Below are positions 9,410-20,016 of a stretch of 64,000 bases of DNA, piece by piece. The number at the start of each line of letters is the position of its first letter. Position 1 is the first letter of the stretch. Origin of the DNA: Candidatus Saccharimonadales bacterium (GTDB taxonomy: Bacteria > Patescibacteriota > Saccharimonadia > Saccharimonadales > EFPC-124); NCBI GenBank assembly GCA_035710125.1, contig DASTDY010000063.1:86446-150445 (forward strand). The letters are read 5' to 3'. The translations under genes and the position numbers were made by a program. The notes under the pieces were generated by a model. That model was not told the DNA's origin and did not search any database. It was given only the letters and a program-made list of their open reading frames with translations.

Positions 9410-10021
9410 CTATTGTTTTGTAAGAATAACGTACAGCCACGAGGCTTTGCCAGAACTGGTGAGGCCGGTATATTCGGCTTGCCACGAAAATCCATTGTCG
9501 GTGGCGAGTTTTTTTAGGTTGTCTGGCTGCCAGTAATGGAAAAACCGTGGCGCTTCAAGTTTCTCATTAGTCCATTCACTGCCGCTCCCTAGTTTTACGC
9601 TCAGGGCAAATATGCCATTTTTTAGCAGTGCGTCACTGGCTTTGCGAAACACTTTTTGTGATTCTTCTGGCGTAAAATGAACCAATACGGCGTTTGCAAG
9701 GACCATAGATAGGCTATGTCCGTAGTCGTCGTGCAGGGCATCGAGAAGCCTGGCGTTAAGCTTTTGCTTTTTGAGGATTTCTATAAAACCAGGCACTGCG
9801 TCGGTGCATTCAATGCGGTAGCCAAGTTGCTGAATGCGCACGGCGTTGCGGCCAAACCCGCTGCCTAGCTCTAAAATCGTGCCAGTTTTAGGTGTGCGTG
9901 CGAGTGCGTCGTTGAGCCATTCGCCCTCTGCCGGGTTGATCTGTTCTGGAGTGTGGTCTATGTAAGCCTGAAGATTATTCTGGTAGGTGTCTAGGGTAAG
10001 TTTGTTGTCGTTTTGTCGCAT
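9410..10021 (-). CDS. class I SAM-dependent methyltransferase
   Basis: ILELGSGFGRNA motif I; 203 aa. Confidence 0.8.
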   Translation of the reverse strand: MRQNDNKLTLDTYQNNLQAYIDHTPEQINPAEGEWLNDALARTPKTGTILELGSGFGRNAVRIQQLGYRIECTDAVPGFIEILKKQKLNARLLDALHDDYGHSLSMVLANAVLVHFTPEESQKVFRKASDALLKNGIFALSVKLGSGSEWTNEKLEAPRFFHYWQPDNLKKLATDNGFSWQAEYTGLTSSGKASWLYVILTKQ

Positions 10022-10096
10022 ATGTGCCTCAGTATAGCAGAAGTACCGACCTGCTTTTGACCAATCGTCAACTTAAAACTGCTATACTATAAGTAC

Positions 10097-10672
10097 ATGA
10101 TTGCTCACGTATCTGGAGAGGTAGTAGAAAAAACACAGAACGCCCTAATTGTAGATGTGGGCGGTATTGGGTATGAGATACAGGTTGCTGCTGGCGATTT
10201 TGAATCAGCCACGCTCGGCAGCCACATTAAACTGTATACCCACGACCATTTGCGCGAGAACGCGCACGAGCTTTTTGGGTTTTCGCACCTAAGCGCAAAA
10301 CGGCTTTTTTTGTTGCTTACTTCGGTGTCGGGTGTGGGTCCAAAAATGGCGCTTTCTATTTTGAGCCTAGGCGACACAGAAGCGATCCGTAGCGCCATTG
10401 CCATGGGCGACAGTGCGTTTGTGCAGCGTGCCAGTGGTGTGGGCAAACGGATTGCCGAACGAATCGCCGTAGATTTAAAAGACAAGGTTGGTTTACCGAC
10501 CGGAACGCTCACACTTGGGCTTACGCCCGCGCCGGCCGGTGATGACGCGCTCGATGCCCTGCTTGCACTGGGCTACTCTTTACAACAAGCAAACGAGGCG
10601 CTTGCAAAAGTAAGCCCGGACCAAGACGTGCGTTTGCGCATAAAACAAGCGCTTCAAGTGATAGGCAGCTAA
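10097..10672 (+). CDS. ruvA: Holliday junction helicase subunit RuvA
   Basis: [12 protein letters not shown]...[10 protein letters not shown] plus the HhH region [10 protein letters not shown]. Confidence 0.9.
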   Translation: MIAHVSGEVVEKTQNALIVDVGGIGYEIQVAAGDFESATLGSHIKLYTHDHLRENAHELFGFSHLSAKRLFLLLTSVSGVGPKMALSILSLGDTEAIRSAIAMGDSAFVQRASGVGKRIAERIAVDLKDKVGLPTGTLTLGLTPAPAGDDALDALLALGYSLQQANEALAKVSPDQDVRLRIKQALQVIGS

Positions 10673-10673
10673 C

Positions 10674-11696
10674 ATGATTGACCGCATTGTAGATACTACT
10701 ATCGACGACGCCGCCGAAGAGCAGCAGCTAGAAAACTCGCTGCGCCCCAGGGATTTTGCTGGTTATATTGGCCAAACACGGCTCAAGACAAACCTTAAGC
10801 TAGCTATAGACGCCGCAAAAAAACGCGCCGAACCGCTCGACCATGTACTACTGTTTGGTCCGCCAGGACTGGGCAAAACTACCATGGCAACCGTCATTGC
10901 AAACGAAATGGCTGCCAATGTGCGCATTACCAGTGGCCCAGCTATAGAGCGGGCAGGCGACCTAGCCAGCCTACTTACTAATTTAGCCGATGGCGACGTG
11001 CTTTTTATAGACGAAATCCATCGCCTCAACCATACCGTAGAAGAAGTGCTCTACAGCGCAATGGAAGACTTTAAGCTAGACATTATGCTCGGCAAAGGCC
11101 CAAGCGCCCGCAGCCTGCGCTTGGATTTGCCAAAATTTACGCTTATTGGCGCAACAACCCGCACTGGTAATTTAGCTGCGCCGCTGAGGGACCGTTTTGG
11201 CATGGTGCACAGGTTAGAGTTTTACACTCCAGAAGAAATCTCGCTCATTATTCGCCGTTCGGCACAGATATTAGGGGTAGATATTAATGAGGCGGCCGCC
11301 CAAGAGTTAGCCAAGCGCTCACGCCTGACGCCACGTATTGCTAACCGTCTACTTAAAAGGGTGCGCGATTATGCAGACGTTAACGGCGATGGCATAATAG
11401 ATACCACAATAGCTGCCCACGCCCTGAAGCTGCTCGAAGTAGACAACCTTGGCCTAGACCCTGCCGACCGCCAACTGCTTAGCAGAATAATAGAAAACTT
11501 CAACGGTGGGCCAGTCGGCGTTGAAACTCTGGCGGCCATAACGGGCGACGAACGTGCGACCATTGAGGATTTTTACGAACCCTACCTCATGCAGATAGGA
11601 CTTTTAGAACGTACCCCGCGCGGCCGAAAAGTAACACTTAAGGCCTTTGGACATTTAGGCAAACAAGTGCCTGCATCTCAGCCTGATCTGTTGTAG
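10674..11696 (+). CDS. ruvB: Holliday junction helicase RuvB
   Basis: [30 protein letters not shown]. Confidence 0.95.
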   Translation: MIDRIVDTTIDDAAEEQQLENSLRPRDFAGYIGQTRLKTNLKLAIDAAKKRAEPLDHVLLFGPPGLGKTTMATVIANEMAANVRITSGPAIERAGDLASLLTNLADGDVLFIDEIHRLNHTVEEVLYSAMEDFKLDIMLGKGPSARSLRLDLPKFTLIGATTRTGNLAAPLRDRFGMVHRLEFYTPEEISLIIRRSAQILGVDINEAAAQELAKRSRLTPRIANRLLKRVRDYADVNGDGIIDTTIAAHALKLLEVDNLGLDPADRQLLSRIIENFNGGPVGVETLAAITGDERATIEDFYEPYLMQIGLLERTPRGRKVTLKAFGHLGKQVPASQPDLL

Positions 11697-11716
11697 AATA
11701 AGATAAAAGGAATCTT

Positions 11717-12412
11717 ATGCAACCGCAACAACCCCAACACACTCCTCAACCCCATCAGCACGGATCACTGCGCATACCTGGCACGCCGCGGCACCCGCAG
11801 CTCACGCCAGAGTTAGAGGCAAAGCATAAAGAGTCGCGGCACCGCTACCCTAGCTTGTCGCTTTCGGCAGGTGAGTTTGTGATCCAAGAGGTCCGGCGCC
11901 ACCCGATTGGTTTGCTCACTATTTGGGGGTTTGTGCTGTTGTTGGTGTTACTTATGTTGGGCGCGCTCAGCTTATACAACTCCAACCAGGGCCTAATTAC
12001 GCAGGTGCTTATGATTGCGCCAGAAAACCTGCCGTCGCCAGAGTTAGCCACCGTACCCGTGCTTATTTTGTGCGCCTTTTTTGGCCTGGGCGGTGTCATT
12101 GGCACCATAATTTACGAGGGCAACAAGTTTTATATAACATCTGAGAGCGTAATCCAGTTTATTCAAACTGGTCTTTTTACCACAAAGCAGCAAACTGTTA
12201 ACCTAATTAACGTCGAAGACGCCAGCAGTGAGCAAACAGGCATTTTACAGCAAGTGTTAAATTACGGCACATTAAAGCTATCTACCCAAGGCGAAGAAAC
12301 CACCTACCATTTCCAATACGTAGCCAAACCAAAGAAAATCGTGAACGAAATAAACGACGCATCGGAGCGCGCCGTTAAAATTTTGCAGGGTTATCCTGCC
12401 AGCGAGTATTAA
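11717..12412 (+). CDS. membrane protein with bacterial PH (YdbS/YdbT-like) domain
   Basis: Gln/Pro-rich N-terminus, then GEFVIQEVRRHPIGLL, two TM helices and a PH-like C-terminus. Confidence 0.65.
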   Translation: MQPQQPQHTPQPHQHGSLRIPGTPRHPQLTPELEAKHKESRHRYPSLSLSAGEFVIQEVRRHPIGLLTIWGFVLLLVLLMLGALSLYNSNQGLITQVLMIAPENLPSPELATVPVLILCAFFGLGGVIGTIIYEGNKFYITSESVIQFIQTGLFTTKQQTVNLINVEDASSEQTGILQQVLNYGTLKLSTQGEETTYHFQYVAKPKKIVNEINDASERAVKILQGYPASEY

Positions 12413-12457
12413 AAAATACCGGCCGCACGCAGTTAGGCGAGATGGCCGGTATTTTTT
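12411..12457. terminator. bidirectional intrinsic terminator
   Basis: AAAAAATACCGGCC...GGCCGGTATTTTTT: a 9-bp GC stem flanked by an A run and a T run, between convergent genes. Confidence 0.75.
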
Positions 12458-12478
12458 AATAAGCTATGTTAGCTCGCG

Positions 12479-12868
12479 CTATTTATTGCGGCTTGTTTTT
12501 TCAAAGTCAGCTTCGTTTTCTAGGTTGGCCACAAGAGTGTAGCTTTTGCATTTGCCGCTTTGGCAATCTTTAGGTTCGTAGCGGTAGTCGCTGCCGTATT
12601 CGCCAACCGCCTTGCCGCTCGGGTCTTTTAGTTGCTCTGGGTTGATGCCCTTTAGGCCTTCGGCAGTAAGGTGTTCTGGATATCCATGGTTGGCCACAAA
12701 ATAAACGTCTTCTAGGTTGTAATAAAGCTCGTTAATGGCGGTTTTGCGGGCACTGTCGCGGGCCTTGGTTTCGAGGTCTCGTGTTTGTACAAAAAAGACG
12801 GTTGCTGCTATAAGCAAAAATACAATAGCCACAATCAGTTCAAGCACGGTAAAGCCACGTTGGCGCAT
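12479..12868 (-). CDS. type IV pilin-like protein (prepilin N-terminal cleavage/methylation motif), orphan
   Basis: MRQRG|FTVLELIVAIVFLL; AAGGAG lies 6 nt upstream of ATG 12868. The longer listed ORF was trimmed. Confidence 0.75.
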   Translation of the reverse strand: MRQRGFTVLELIVAIVFLLIAATVFFVQTRDLETKARDSARKTAINELYYNLEDVYFVANHGYPEHLTAEGLKGINPEQLKDPSGKAVGEYGSDYRYEPKDCQSGKCKSYTLVANLENEADFEKTSRNK

Positions 12869-13050
12869 GGGTGTCTCCTTATTTTCCATATTTTCCATCA
12901 TTATACTATATCGCGCGTGGGGTACCACCGCTAGATAGCGGCTAGTTTGCCGTTTGGCCACCCCACAGTATGCGAAATATAGCAAATATAGCAATTTTAT
13001 TTTATAGTTATTCCTGCAAGGAACACCCCCATCGCTGAAAGGCGGCAAAG

Positions 13051-13581
13051 GTGGAGTTACGTTCTCGATATGCGGAGAGCGAATTCAGAAACTTAGAGCC
13101 TGACCAGCTCCAGGTAACCTGGAGTGTGGCTGGGATCTACAGGCTCCTGAACCATGCTGATGTTGGCGAAGACCTCTCCGAGGGGTACAACGCCACCCAG
13201 CTGGGTGTGGATGAGAAGGTGTGGTTCCAGGGCACGGAGCACCCGTGTTCTTTTGAAACCGCCCATCTTTCGAGCCGGATGTTGGTTGTCAGCTTCAGGG
13301 CAGGAAACGACACGGTAACTACCGTGGCGTTTGCGCAGTGGCTGACCGGCAAGCGCTTTGAATGGCGCATGGCACGGGTTGCTTTGGTACTTCCGCTTAC
13401 CGATCCGCCCCAGTGGCGAACCGGCGATGAGGACGAACCAAACCGCCAGCGTTCGGCGCGGGTTTTCGAATATCTGTCGCTGGTGTACCACGGCGGCCTG
13501 ATGTTCGAGGAGCCATTCAAACCCATTCCACCGCACGGACCGGTCGTCGAGGATGACGGCACGAACGGTTCGGGCAAGTAG
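13051..13581 (+). CDS. hypothetical protein, GC-rich cassette B
   Basis: 176 aa from a GTG start. The + frame was chosen over the overlapping minus ORFs because its third codon positions are mostly G/C and its composition is protein-like. No family recognised. Confidence 0.5.
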   Translation: MELRSRYAESEFRNLEPDQLQVTWSVAGIYRLLNHADVGEDLSEGYNATQLGVDEKVWFQGTEHPCSFETAHLSSRMLVVSFRAGNDTVTTVAFAQWLTGKRFEWRMARVALVLPLTDPPQWRTGDEDEPNRQRSARVFEYLSLVYHGGLMFEEPFKPIPPHGPVVEDDGTNGSGK

Positions 13582-13584
13582 AAC

Positions 13585-13644
13585 GGGATAGTTCCATGTA
13601 GTCGGGGTAGGGCGTACACAGTGCGCCTTACCCCGCACTATCCC
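13585..13644 (+). terminator. nested GC-rich hairpin after cassette B (no U tract)
   Basis: Outer arms GGGATAGT/ACTATCCC enclose a 12-bp stem CGGGGTAGGGCG/CGCCTTACCCCG. Confidence 0.4.
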
Positions 13645-13733
13645 AAAATACTCTCGCACTTCTACCCAACCTGTACTACAATCGACGACACCAGTGATAT
13701 AATAGATATAAGAGAAAAGCGAGGGGAAAATTT

Positions 13734-14783
13734 ATGGCCGAACCGACTAAAAAGACCGACAAAAAACCAGTAGAAGACACCGTAAAAAAGGCAGACGAAG
13801 GCAAGCTTAAGGCGTTAGGCCTTGCCATGGAGCAGATAGAAAAGCAGTTTGGCACCGGCGCAATTATGCGGTTAGGTGAGCAAACGCACGCCAATGTAGA
13901 GTTTATTAGCGCCGGCGCGCTCAGCCTAGATTTAGCACTTGGCGGCGGCTATCCAAAAGGCCGCATTATAGAGATATACGGTCCAGAGAGCTCTGGTAAG
14001 ACCACGCTCACCCTGCATGCCATTGCCGAATGCCAACGCAGCGGTGGCACAGCCGCATTTATAGATGCCGAGCACGCGCTAGACCCCTCATACGCCCGTA
14101 AGTTAGGCGTGGATACTGACAACCTGCTAGTGAGCCAGCCAGACAACGGTGAGCAAGCGCTCGAAATTGTAGACTCACTCGTGCGTAGCAACGCGGTAGA
14201 CCTTATTGTAGTAGACTCGGTTGCGGCCCTAACCCCGCAGGCCGAAATAGAGGGCGACATGGGCGACAGCCACATGGGCCTACAAGCCCGCTTAATGAGC
14301 CAGGCGCTCCGTAAGCTAACGGGTGTTATTAACAAAAGCAAAGCCACAGTGATGTTTATTAACCAGATCCGCATGAAAATCGGCGTGATGTTTGGCAATC
14401 CCGAGACTACCACTGGTGGTAACGCGTTAAAATTTTACGCATCGGTCCGTATGGATATTCGCCGTTCAGGGCAAATTAAAGCCGGCGAAGAAGTAATTGG
14501 CAACCGCACAAAAGTGAAAGTTGTTAAAAACAAGATTGCGCCGCCATTTAGGCAGGCTGAGTTCGACATTATGTATAACGAAGGCATTAGCCAAACTGGT
14601 GATGTGCTTGATCTGGCGGTTACCCATGGCATTGTCGATAAGGCAGGCGCGTGGTTCTCTTACCAGGGCAGCAAAATTGGCCAAGGCCGGGAAGCATCAA
14701 AACAGTACCTTAAAGAGAACCCTGAGCTTATGGCAACAATCGACGCTGCAGTGCGCCAAAAAGTTGCCGCTGAGCAAGTGTAA
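13734..14783 (+). CDS. recA: recombinase RecA
   Basis: [19 protein letters not shown] and the canonical RecA core. Confidence 0.97.
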   Translation: MAEPTKKTDKKPVEDTVKKADEGKLKALGLAMEQIEKQFGTGAIMRLGEQTHANVEFISAGALSLDLALGGGYPKGRIIEIYGPESSGKTTLTLHAIAECQRSGGTAAFIDAEHALDPSYARKLGVDTDNLLVSQPDNGEQALEIVDSLVRSNAVDLIVVDSVAALTPQAEIEGDMGDSHMGLQARLMSQALRKLTGVINKSKATVMFINQIRMKIGVMFGNPETTTGGNALKFYASVRMDIRRSGQIKAGEEVIGNRTKVKVVKNKIAPPFRQAEFDIMYNEGISQTGDVLDLAVTHGIVDKAGAWFSYQGSKIGQGREASKQYLKENPELMATIDAAVRQKVAAEQV

Positions 14784-14804
14784 CCGGTTGGTTGTACGCC
14801 CAGC

Positions 14805-15413
14805 ATGACCATAACTGCAATTAAAGCGCAGGTTAAAAATCCTGACCGAGTGTCGGTGTATATAGACCAAGCGTATGCGTTTTCGCTGAGCTATAACCAG
14901 CTGCTAGATCAAAAGATCCATGCTGGCTTACAGATTGACCAGACCCGTGTAGACGAGCTAAAACGGGTGAGCGACCTCGGCAAAATGTACGAGCGTTCAC
15001 TCATGTTCGCTATGCTCCGGCCGCGGTCACAAAAAGAACTGCGTGACTATTTTAGGCGCAAAAAATGGGACGCAGCCGACGCCGAGCATATTTTGCAAAA
15101 GCTAGTGGCAAAGGGCTACGTTAACGACGTGTCGTTTGCGCGCTCTTGGGTGCAGAACCGTGCCATCAATAAAAAAATGAGCAAGCGCAAGCTGGTTTTA
15201 GAGCTTAAGCAAAAGGGTATATCAGAAGAGGTCATCCGGGGTGCGCTAGACGGTAGTGATTTTAATGAATCTACCGCGCTGAGCGAACTCATAACAAAAA
15301 AACGAAAACTCGCCAAGTATCAGGACCAGCAAAAGCTCATGCAGTATTTAGCCAGGCAGGGCTTTGGGTTCGACGATATTAAGCAAGCGCTCCAAGATTC
15401 TAATCTTGATTAG
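14805..15413 (+). CDS. recX: regulatory protein RecX
   Basis: 202 aa immediately downstream of recA; RecX-like helical repeats (YVNDVSFARSWV). Confidence 0.85.
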   Translation: MTITAIKAQVKNPDRVSVYIDQAYAFSLSYNQLLDQKIHAGLQIDQTRVDELKRVSDLGKMYERSLMFAMLRPRSQKELRDYFRRKKWDAADAEHILQKLVAKGYVNDVSFARSWVQNRAINKKMSKRKLVLELKQKGISEEVIRGALDGSDFNESTALSELITKKRKLAKYQDQQKLMQYLARQGFGFDDIKQALQDSNLD

Positions 15414-15978
15414 AATGTGTGGCCTCTGTTTGAGGGTGGTTGCGGAAGGGATTTTGAGCCATTCGCCTTGCATGCGCAGGCACGCGGTCTTTTACTGTGG
15501 CTGAGCGAACTACAATATTTGAATCGGTAATTTCTTTAATTTGGTTGCGGCCAATAATTACCTCGGCCAAACCCCACGATCTAAAAATGCTCGGCTGTAC
15601 ATGTAGCTGTGTAATATAAAATAAAGGAGTGTCCACTGTGTAATTGGTGACTTTGCCAATTTTTCGTCCGGACTCTTCTATTACAGTTTTGCCTTCTAGC
15701 GTAAAGTTAAACCCAATGACTTGTTGCAAGCGTACTAGGCCTTCTGGCGACATTATAGATTCGGCATCGTCAACAATAAGCCCAAGGTGGCTGATTTCGC
15801 GTATGTCGTCAATGTGCAAAACTGCCGGCGAGGAGTCCAGGTGTGGGCCTTGGCAGTAAAAGGCAACAATTTTAAGTTCGCGCGGGTCAATAATCGGTTC
15901 GGCGGTCACGGCAATTTGAGCGCCAGTTTGGAGGCTCATTATAGGAATCTCTGTTATTCGCTCTTTGAGTACAAGCAT
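15400..15978 (-). CDS. PRC-barrel domain protein (two barrels)
   Basis: Pattern IPIMSLQTGAQIA...IIDPRELKIVAFY, repeated as GKTVIEESGRKIGKVTNYTVD. Start is uncertain (TTG 16005, ATG 15978 or ATG 15939). Confidence 0.6.
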   Translation of the reverse strand: MLVLKERITEIPIMSLQTGAQIAVTAEPIIDPRELKIVAFYCQGPHLDSSPAVLHIDDIREISHLGLIVDDAESIMSPEGLVRLQQVIGFNFTLEGKTVIEESGRKIGKVTNYTVDTPLFYITQLHVQPSIFRSWGLAEVIIGRNQIKEITDSNIVVRSATVKDRVPAHARRMAQNPFRNHPQTEATHSNQD

Positions 15979-16082
15979 AATTTTATTATAGAACGAGTTG
16001 GCCAAGATGACAGTTACTTATTTTGGCTATTGTGCAAAAAACACTTTACACTTCGGGTGAGCTTGTTGCATACTGCGAGCCC

Positions 16083-17471
16083 ATGAAGATACGATACTTT
16101 TTTGCCACACTGCTTGTTTCGGTCAGCTTTACAGTTCCTGCTAGGGCGGTTGGGCCCCAAAACGAGCCTCACCTTTTAATAGCGGCAGTCCAAACAGCTG
16201 AAGGTTCGGCGGCGGGCAACGATTTTATTGTGGTGCATAACCCAACCAGTGAACCGGTAGATATTGCTGGGTGGAAACTGCAGTATCGCTCCGCGGGCGC
16301 AAAAGATAAAGACTCCTGGACAACCAAGCTAACTTTTGCCTGCGAAGCTACCAATACGGCATGCACCACAATCGTTGCACCCAACGGCAATATTGTAGCC
16401 AGTACCTATACAATAAGCGGCTTACCTGTACACTTGTTTACATCTGGTTTTAGTGACGTAGGCGGACAGGTGCGGCTGTCAAAAGTTGTTGCAGGGCAAT
16501 TGCAGGCTGTAGACTTTGTAGGCTATGGTACGGCGGCCGAGTCCGAGGCCCAAGCCGCACCAGCGCCAAAGGCAGGGAAAGCAATAGTGCGCAAAAGTGA
16601 TTCAACAGGTCAGCTTATTGATTCAGACAACAATAAAAACGACTTTACCGAATCGTGCGTGGCGCTTACCAGCGCGGCGATCCACCAAGCTATCGACTGC
16701 GCAAAACCGGCTGACACGTCGCAACAGCCAACTGACGAAGAAGACGAGGCGCCAGAATATTCCATCCTCGATATAACCGAGCTCTTGCCAAATCCTGCCC
16801 CGCCACTAACCGACAGTGACCATGAATTTATAGAGTTGTATAATCCTAATAACCGCGAAGTACCCTTAAAGGGGTATACTCTGCAAACGGGTGCAGACTT
16901 TAAGTACAAATATACGTTCGAAGAAGGCGTTATTGGCGCTGGTGCATACTTTTCTCTGTTTTCTGCCGACTCAGGACTAAGCTTGGCTAATAGTGGTGGC
17001 CAAGCAAGGCTGCTGGATCCATCTGGCAAAACCATAGCCATAGCCGCCTCTTATGAAAGCGCAAAACCTGATTACGCCTGGGTAAAGTCAGAAGCTAATT
17101 GGGCGTGGTCTTTGCGCGCGACTCCAGGTTCGGCGAATATAGTAGAGATTGAGCAACCGCCAATCGTGCCGGCTGTAGTTAAAAAGCCAGTGGCCACAAA
17201 GACTCCTGCTAAAAAGACCACGGCAGCATCGCCAGCTGCTAAAAAGGCGGTAAAGGCGGCAAGTACAACGAAAGCAGCAAAGCCTAAAGAGCCAGCCACA
17301 TCGATTGCCGCAATTCCACCCAAAAAAGATCCGCTTAACTTTAACTACCTAATCTTGGCAGGTGTGGGTTTGGTCGTTGTTGCATATGCATGTTATGAAT
17401 ATCGTCATGAACTAGCAAAACTATGGCGTAAGCTGCGTGGGGCATCGCTTTTTAGCCACAGCGCCAAGTAA
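16083..17471 (+). CDS. surface protein with two lamin-tail (LTD) domains, Lys/Ala/Pro-rich tail and C-terminal TM anchor
   Basis: Signal peptide MKIRYFFATLLVSVSFTVPARA. LTD signatures NDFIVVHNPTSEPVDIAGW and HEFIELYNPNNREVPLKGY. Then a PVATKTPAKKTTAASPAAKKAVKAASTTKAAKPKEP stretch, followed by a TM helix. Confidence 0.75.
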   Translation: MKIRYFFATLLVSVSFTVPARAVGPQNEPHLLIAAVQTAEGSAAGNDFIVVHNPTSEPVDIAGWKLQYRSAGAKDKDSWTTKLTFACEATNTACTTIVAPNGNIVASTYTISGLPVHLFTSGFSDVGGQVRLSKVVAGQLQAVDFVGYGTAAESEAQAAPAPKAGKAIVRKSDSTGQLIDSDNNKNDFTESCVALTSAAIHQAIDCAKPADTSQQPTDEEDEAPEYSILDITELLPNPAPPLTDSDHEFIELYNPNNREVPLKGYTLQTGADFKYKYTFEEGVIGAGAYFSLFSADSGLSLANSGGQARLLDPSGKTIAIAASYESAKPDYAWVKSEANWAWSLRATPGSANIVEIEQPPIVPAVVKKPVATKTPAKKTTAASPAAKKAVKAASTTKAAKPKEPATSIAAIPPKKDPLNFNYLILAGVGLVVVAYACYEYRHELAKLWRKLRGASLFSHSAK

Positions 17472-17476
17472 AATGT

Positions 17477-17788
17477 TTATTCTGCAAAAGGGTTAATGCG
17501 GCCAGCAGGCAGGGTGGAAGCCGGAGTGCTATCTGTACTCTTTTGCAAAGCTTCTATTTTAGTAATAGTGTCTTTCGTGCTCTGGTTGAATTTACTGCCA
17601 ATGGTGGACTGTTGCTGCTGCATGCGGTACGCGTCGTCACCAGGCATGTTTAGCGTTTCGTTCACCCAGTACACGCCAACACCGACTCCGCTAAATAGAA
17701 TAATTGTCACAATAAAATAGTGGTGCTTGGCGATCGGCCGCAATATACGGGTAAAGGTGTGGATTTTTGGTAGAAAAGGTATTCTCAT
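17477..17788 (-). CDS. small single-TM protein at distal end of the pilus operon
   Basis: 103 aa with one TM, 6 nt downstream of the pilO-like gene. No family recognised. Confidence 0.5.
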   Translation of the reverse strand: MRIPFLPKIHTFTRILRPIAKHHYFIVTIILFSGVGVGVYWVNETLNMPGDDAYRMQQQQSTIGSKFNQSTKDTITKIEALQKSTDSTPASTLPAGRINPFAE

Positions 17789-17793
17789 AATGG

Positions 17794-18342
17794 CTAACTC
17801 TTTAAGAACACCTCCAAGCTAAGGCTTGGATTGCTAATTTTATTAGGGTCTTTGTCGGGCGAAAGGTTTAGGCTGGTGACTTGGATTTTTGTGAGGTTTT
17901 TTTCTATGTCTTGCAAAAAGCGCATAAAGGTTGAGTAAGCGATTGGGCCTTTTAAGGTAAGGTTAAACGAGGTCTTTTTGGCATCTGCTGCTTTTTGATT
18001 TGCGGCAGGCTGGGTAAAGTCGAAAGTGTTAATTTGAATCCCATGACGTGCCGCGTAGTCTGAAACGTCTTTAATTATTTGGTCTTGGTAACGATATTGG
18101 TCGCTTGATGCGGCGATTTGCTTGGCGCGTTCTACGATGTCATGGTTCTCGGCCAGCTGTTTTTGAAGTGATTTGAGCTGTTGGAGTTCCGATGCGCTGA
18201 CCTCGGCATCTATATTTGCCCGCTCTGTTGCTGCCACACTAGACGCAAGCAACCCTTGGACCCACCATGCACCAGCGCCAAATGCACCCACTAATATAAC
18301 GATCAGCCCAAGCAGCACAAACCTGAGTTTTGTTGCAGTCAT
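17794..18342 (-). CDS. pilO: PilO-like pilus assembly protein
   Basis: N-terminal TM plus coiled coil; start/stop overlap with pilN; position in the pilMNO series. Confidence 0.6.
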   Translation of the reverse strand: MTATKLRFVLLGLIVILVGAFGAGAWWVQGLLASSVAATERANIDAEVSASELQQLKSLQKQLAENHDIVERAKQIAASSDQYRYQDQIIKDVSDYAARHGIQINTFDFTQPAANQKAADAKKTSFNLTLKGPIAYSTFMRFLQDIEKNLTKIQVTSLNLSPDKDPNKISNPSLSLEVFLKS

Positions 18343-18938
18343 TATTTTGCCCCCTGGGGCGACTGCCCTTTAGAGAATTGCGCTTTTATAGAAACCGTAA
18401 AGGGGTATTTGCGGGCAATATCGGTTGTTTGCGCGTTTGGTTCGGCTTGGTTGATATTAACAATACTTACCTTTTCGAAAATTGGCGATGCCTCAAGGCT
18501 GTTTTTAAGGGATACCGCACGTTCGTAAGAGACTGCGCGGCCGGTGATATCTATAGGGGTGTCGGCTTTGGGTGTGGTGCTAAGGCTTAGCGCGTTAAGT
18601 ACAACGCCTTGGGGAACCGCAGCAGCGATACCGAAAATTAGTGTGCTAAAGCTGACGTTCGATCCCAAAATGGTTTTTGCCACGACAAGGTTCTTGGCGT
18701 AATCTTCGGCGGCTGCCCTTGTTTTTTCGTATGGTTTAGCAGCGGCTTGGTTTTCTGTTTTGGCTGCTTCGGCTAGCGACCGGTCATTCATATCTGCCCA
18801 AAAACCTAGCGCAAACACACCCCCAAGTACAAGCGCGGTGCCAAAAACTAGCAGGCAATAGCGGTACAACACTACATTTACGCGGCCAGCGCGAATTTGG
18901 CGTTTTGTTTCTGGCGGCAAAAGGTTGATCATTGCCAA
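18342..18938 (-). CDS. pilN: PilN-like fimbrial assembly protein
   Basis: MAMINLLPPETKRQIRAGR followed by a TM helix, which is the typical PilN N-terminus. Confidence 0.75.
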   Translation of the reverse strand: MAMINLLPPETKRQIRAGRVNVVLYRYCLLVFGTALVLGGVFALGFWADMNDRSLAEAAKTENQAAAKPYEKTRAAAEDYAKNLVVAKTILGSNVSFSTLIFGIAAAVPQGVVLNALSLSTTPKADTPIDITGRAVSYERAVSLKNSLEASPIFEKVSIVNINQAEPNAQTTDIARKYPFTVSIKAQFSKGQSPQGAK

Positions 18939-19990
18939 ACCTCTCGGGGGTCAATAATAGCAAGTCCAGCGGCCGTAATGTAGCGCGGTTTAAACTGCGG
19001 GCTCGGCGGAGTAAGGTGTCCAAAGTTGATTGAGTGCCATGGGTTTGCAACCCGCGTGGGCATGAGGAGCGAATCTGTCAAAAATTCGCCTAGGCCAGGC
19101 AAGTTAGAGCCGCCACCCACAATAATAATCTGTTCGATTTTAGTTTTAGCGCCCATCCTTTCTGAATAGTAGCGAATAACTTTGCGGGTTTCGTTTGCGA
19201 CATCGTTCAAGACGGGCTCTAGTACGGCGCGCAGTTTAGATTGGCGTGGGCCTGCATTTAGGCCGCTATGTACCTTTAATTGATGCGCTTCTTCATAGCT
19301 TACTTTTAATTTTTCGGCAATTTTATAGGTGAAGGTGTGGCCGCCAACCGCTACGCTGCCTGTAACGCCAACTACTCGGTCGAACAGGGCTATGTCTGTA
19401 GTGGCAGCGCCGACATCCAAAATTATGGTAGGCAGGTGGCCTTCTTCTGTTTTGCGCACTAACCGAGCAGCCGCGCTGATGCCTGGCTCTACAAGAACCG
19501 GATCGAGTCCAGCCGATTGGCAAGACGCCAAAATAGAGTCAACGATTTTTTTGGGCACCGCAGAAAACAGCACGAGCAGCGATTCTTTGCTACGTTCGAT
19601 TACTTGGTAATCAGTATATAGGTCGTTGATTGCAATCGGAATGTATTGTTCGGCCTCTAATCGCAGCGCTTCGTCTAGGTTGGGTTCGGCGTCGAGAGGT
19701 ACTGTGATAGTGCGGCTGTATGTGCGAGAAGTCGGTACGCTCACCGCAACATGGCTGCTTGGCAGGTGGCCAGTTAATTTTTTGCTGAGTAGTTTCGCGA
19801 GGCTGTCGCCAAGGTAGGTGTCGCCTTTAATGAGGCTAACTTGCAATTTTTGGGGGTCGAGGTCTATGGCTCCATAACCTAACACGCTCATTTTACGGGG
19901 ATTTATGGCCATTATTTTAACGCCGGTCGTGCTTACGTCGACGCCGACTAGTGGTTTGTCCCTATAAAAAAGCTTGGTTTTGCTGCCCAT
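18929..19990 (-). CDS. pilM: type IV pilus assembly ATPase-fold protein PilM
   Basis: 353 aa, actin-like; VGVDVSTTGVKIMAI and IILDVGAATTDIALF. Confidence 0.9.
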   Translation of the reverse strand: MGSKTKLFYRDKPLVGVDVSTTGVKIMAINPRKMSVLGYGAIDLDPQKLQVSLIKGDTYLGDSLAKLLSKKLTGHLPSSHVAVSVPTSRTYSRTITVPLDAEPNLDEALRLEAEQYIPIAINDLYTDYQVIERSKESLLVLFSAVPKKIVDSILASCQSAGLDPVLVEPGISAAARLVRKTEEGHLPTIILDVGAATTDIALFDRVVGVTGSVAVGGHTFTYKIAEKLKVSYEEAHQLKVHSGLNAGPRQSKLRAVLEPVLNDVANETRKVIRYYSERMGAKTKIEQIIIVGGGSNLPGLGEFLTDSLLMPTRVANPWHSINFGHLTPPSPQFKPRYITAAGLAIIDPREVWQ

Positions 19991-20016
19991 TTTTAATTAC
20001 GCTTATGTTTAGTATA

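Noticed and set aside
13093-13659. Two minus-strand ORFs (188 and 160 aa) overlapping cassette B
   Set aside because: The + frame has mostly G/C at third codon positions and a balanced amino-acid composition. The minus frames are Arg/Pro/His-rich.
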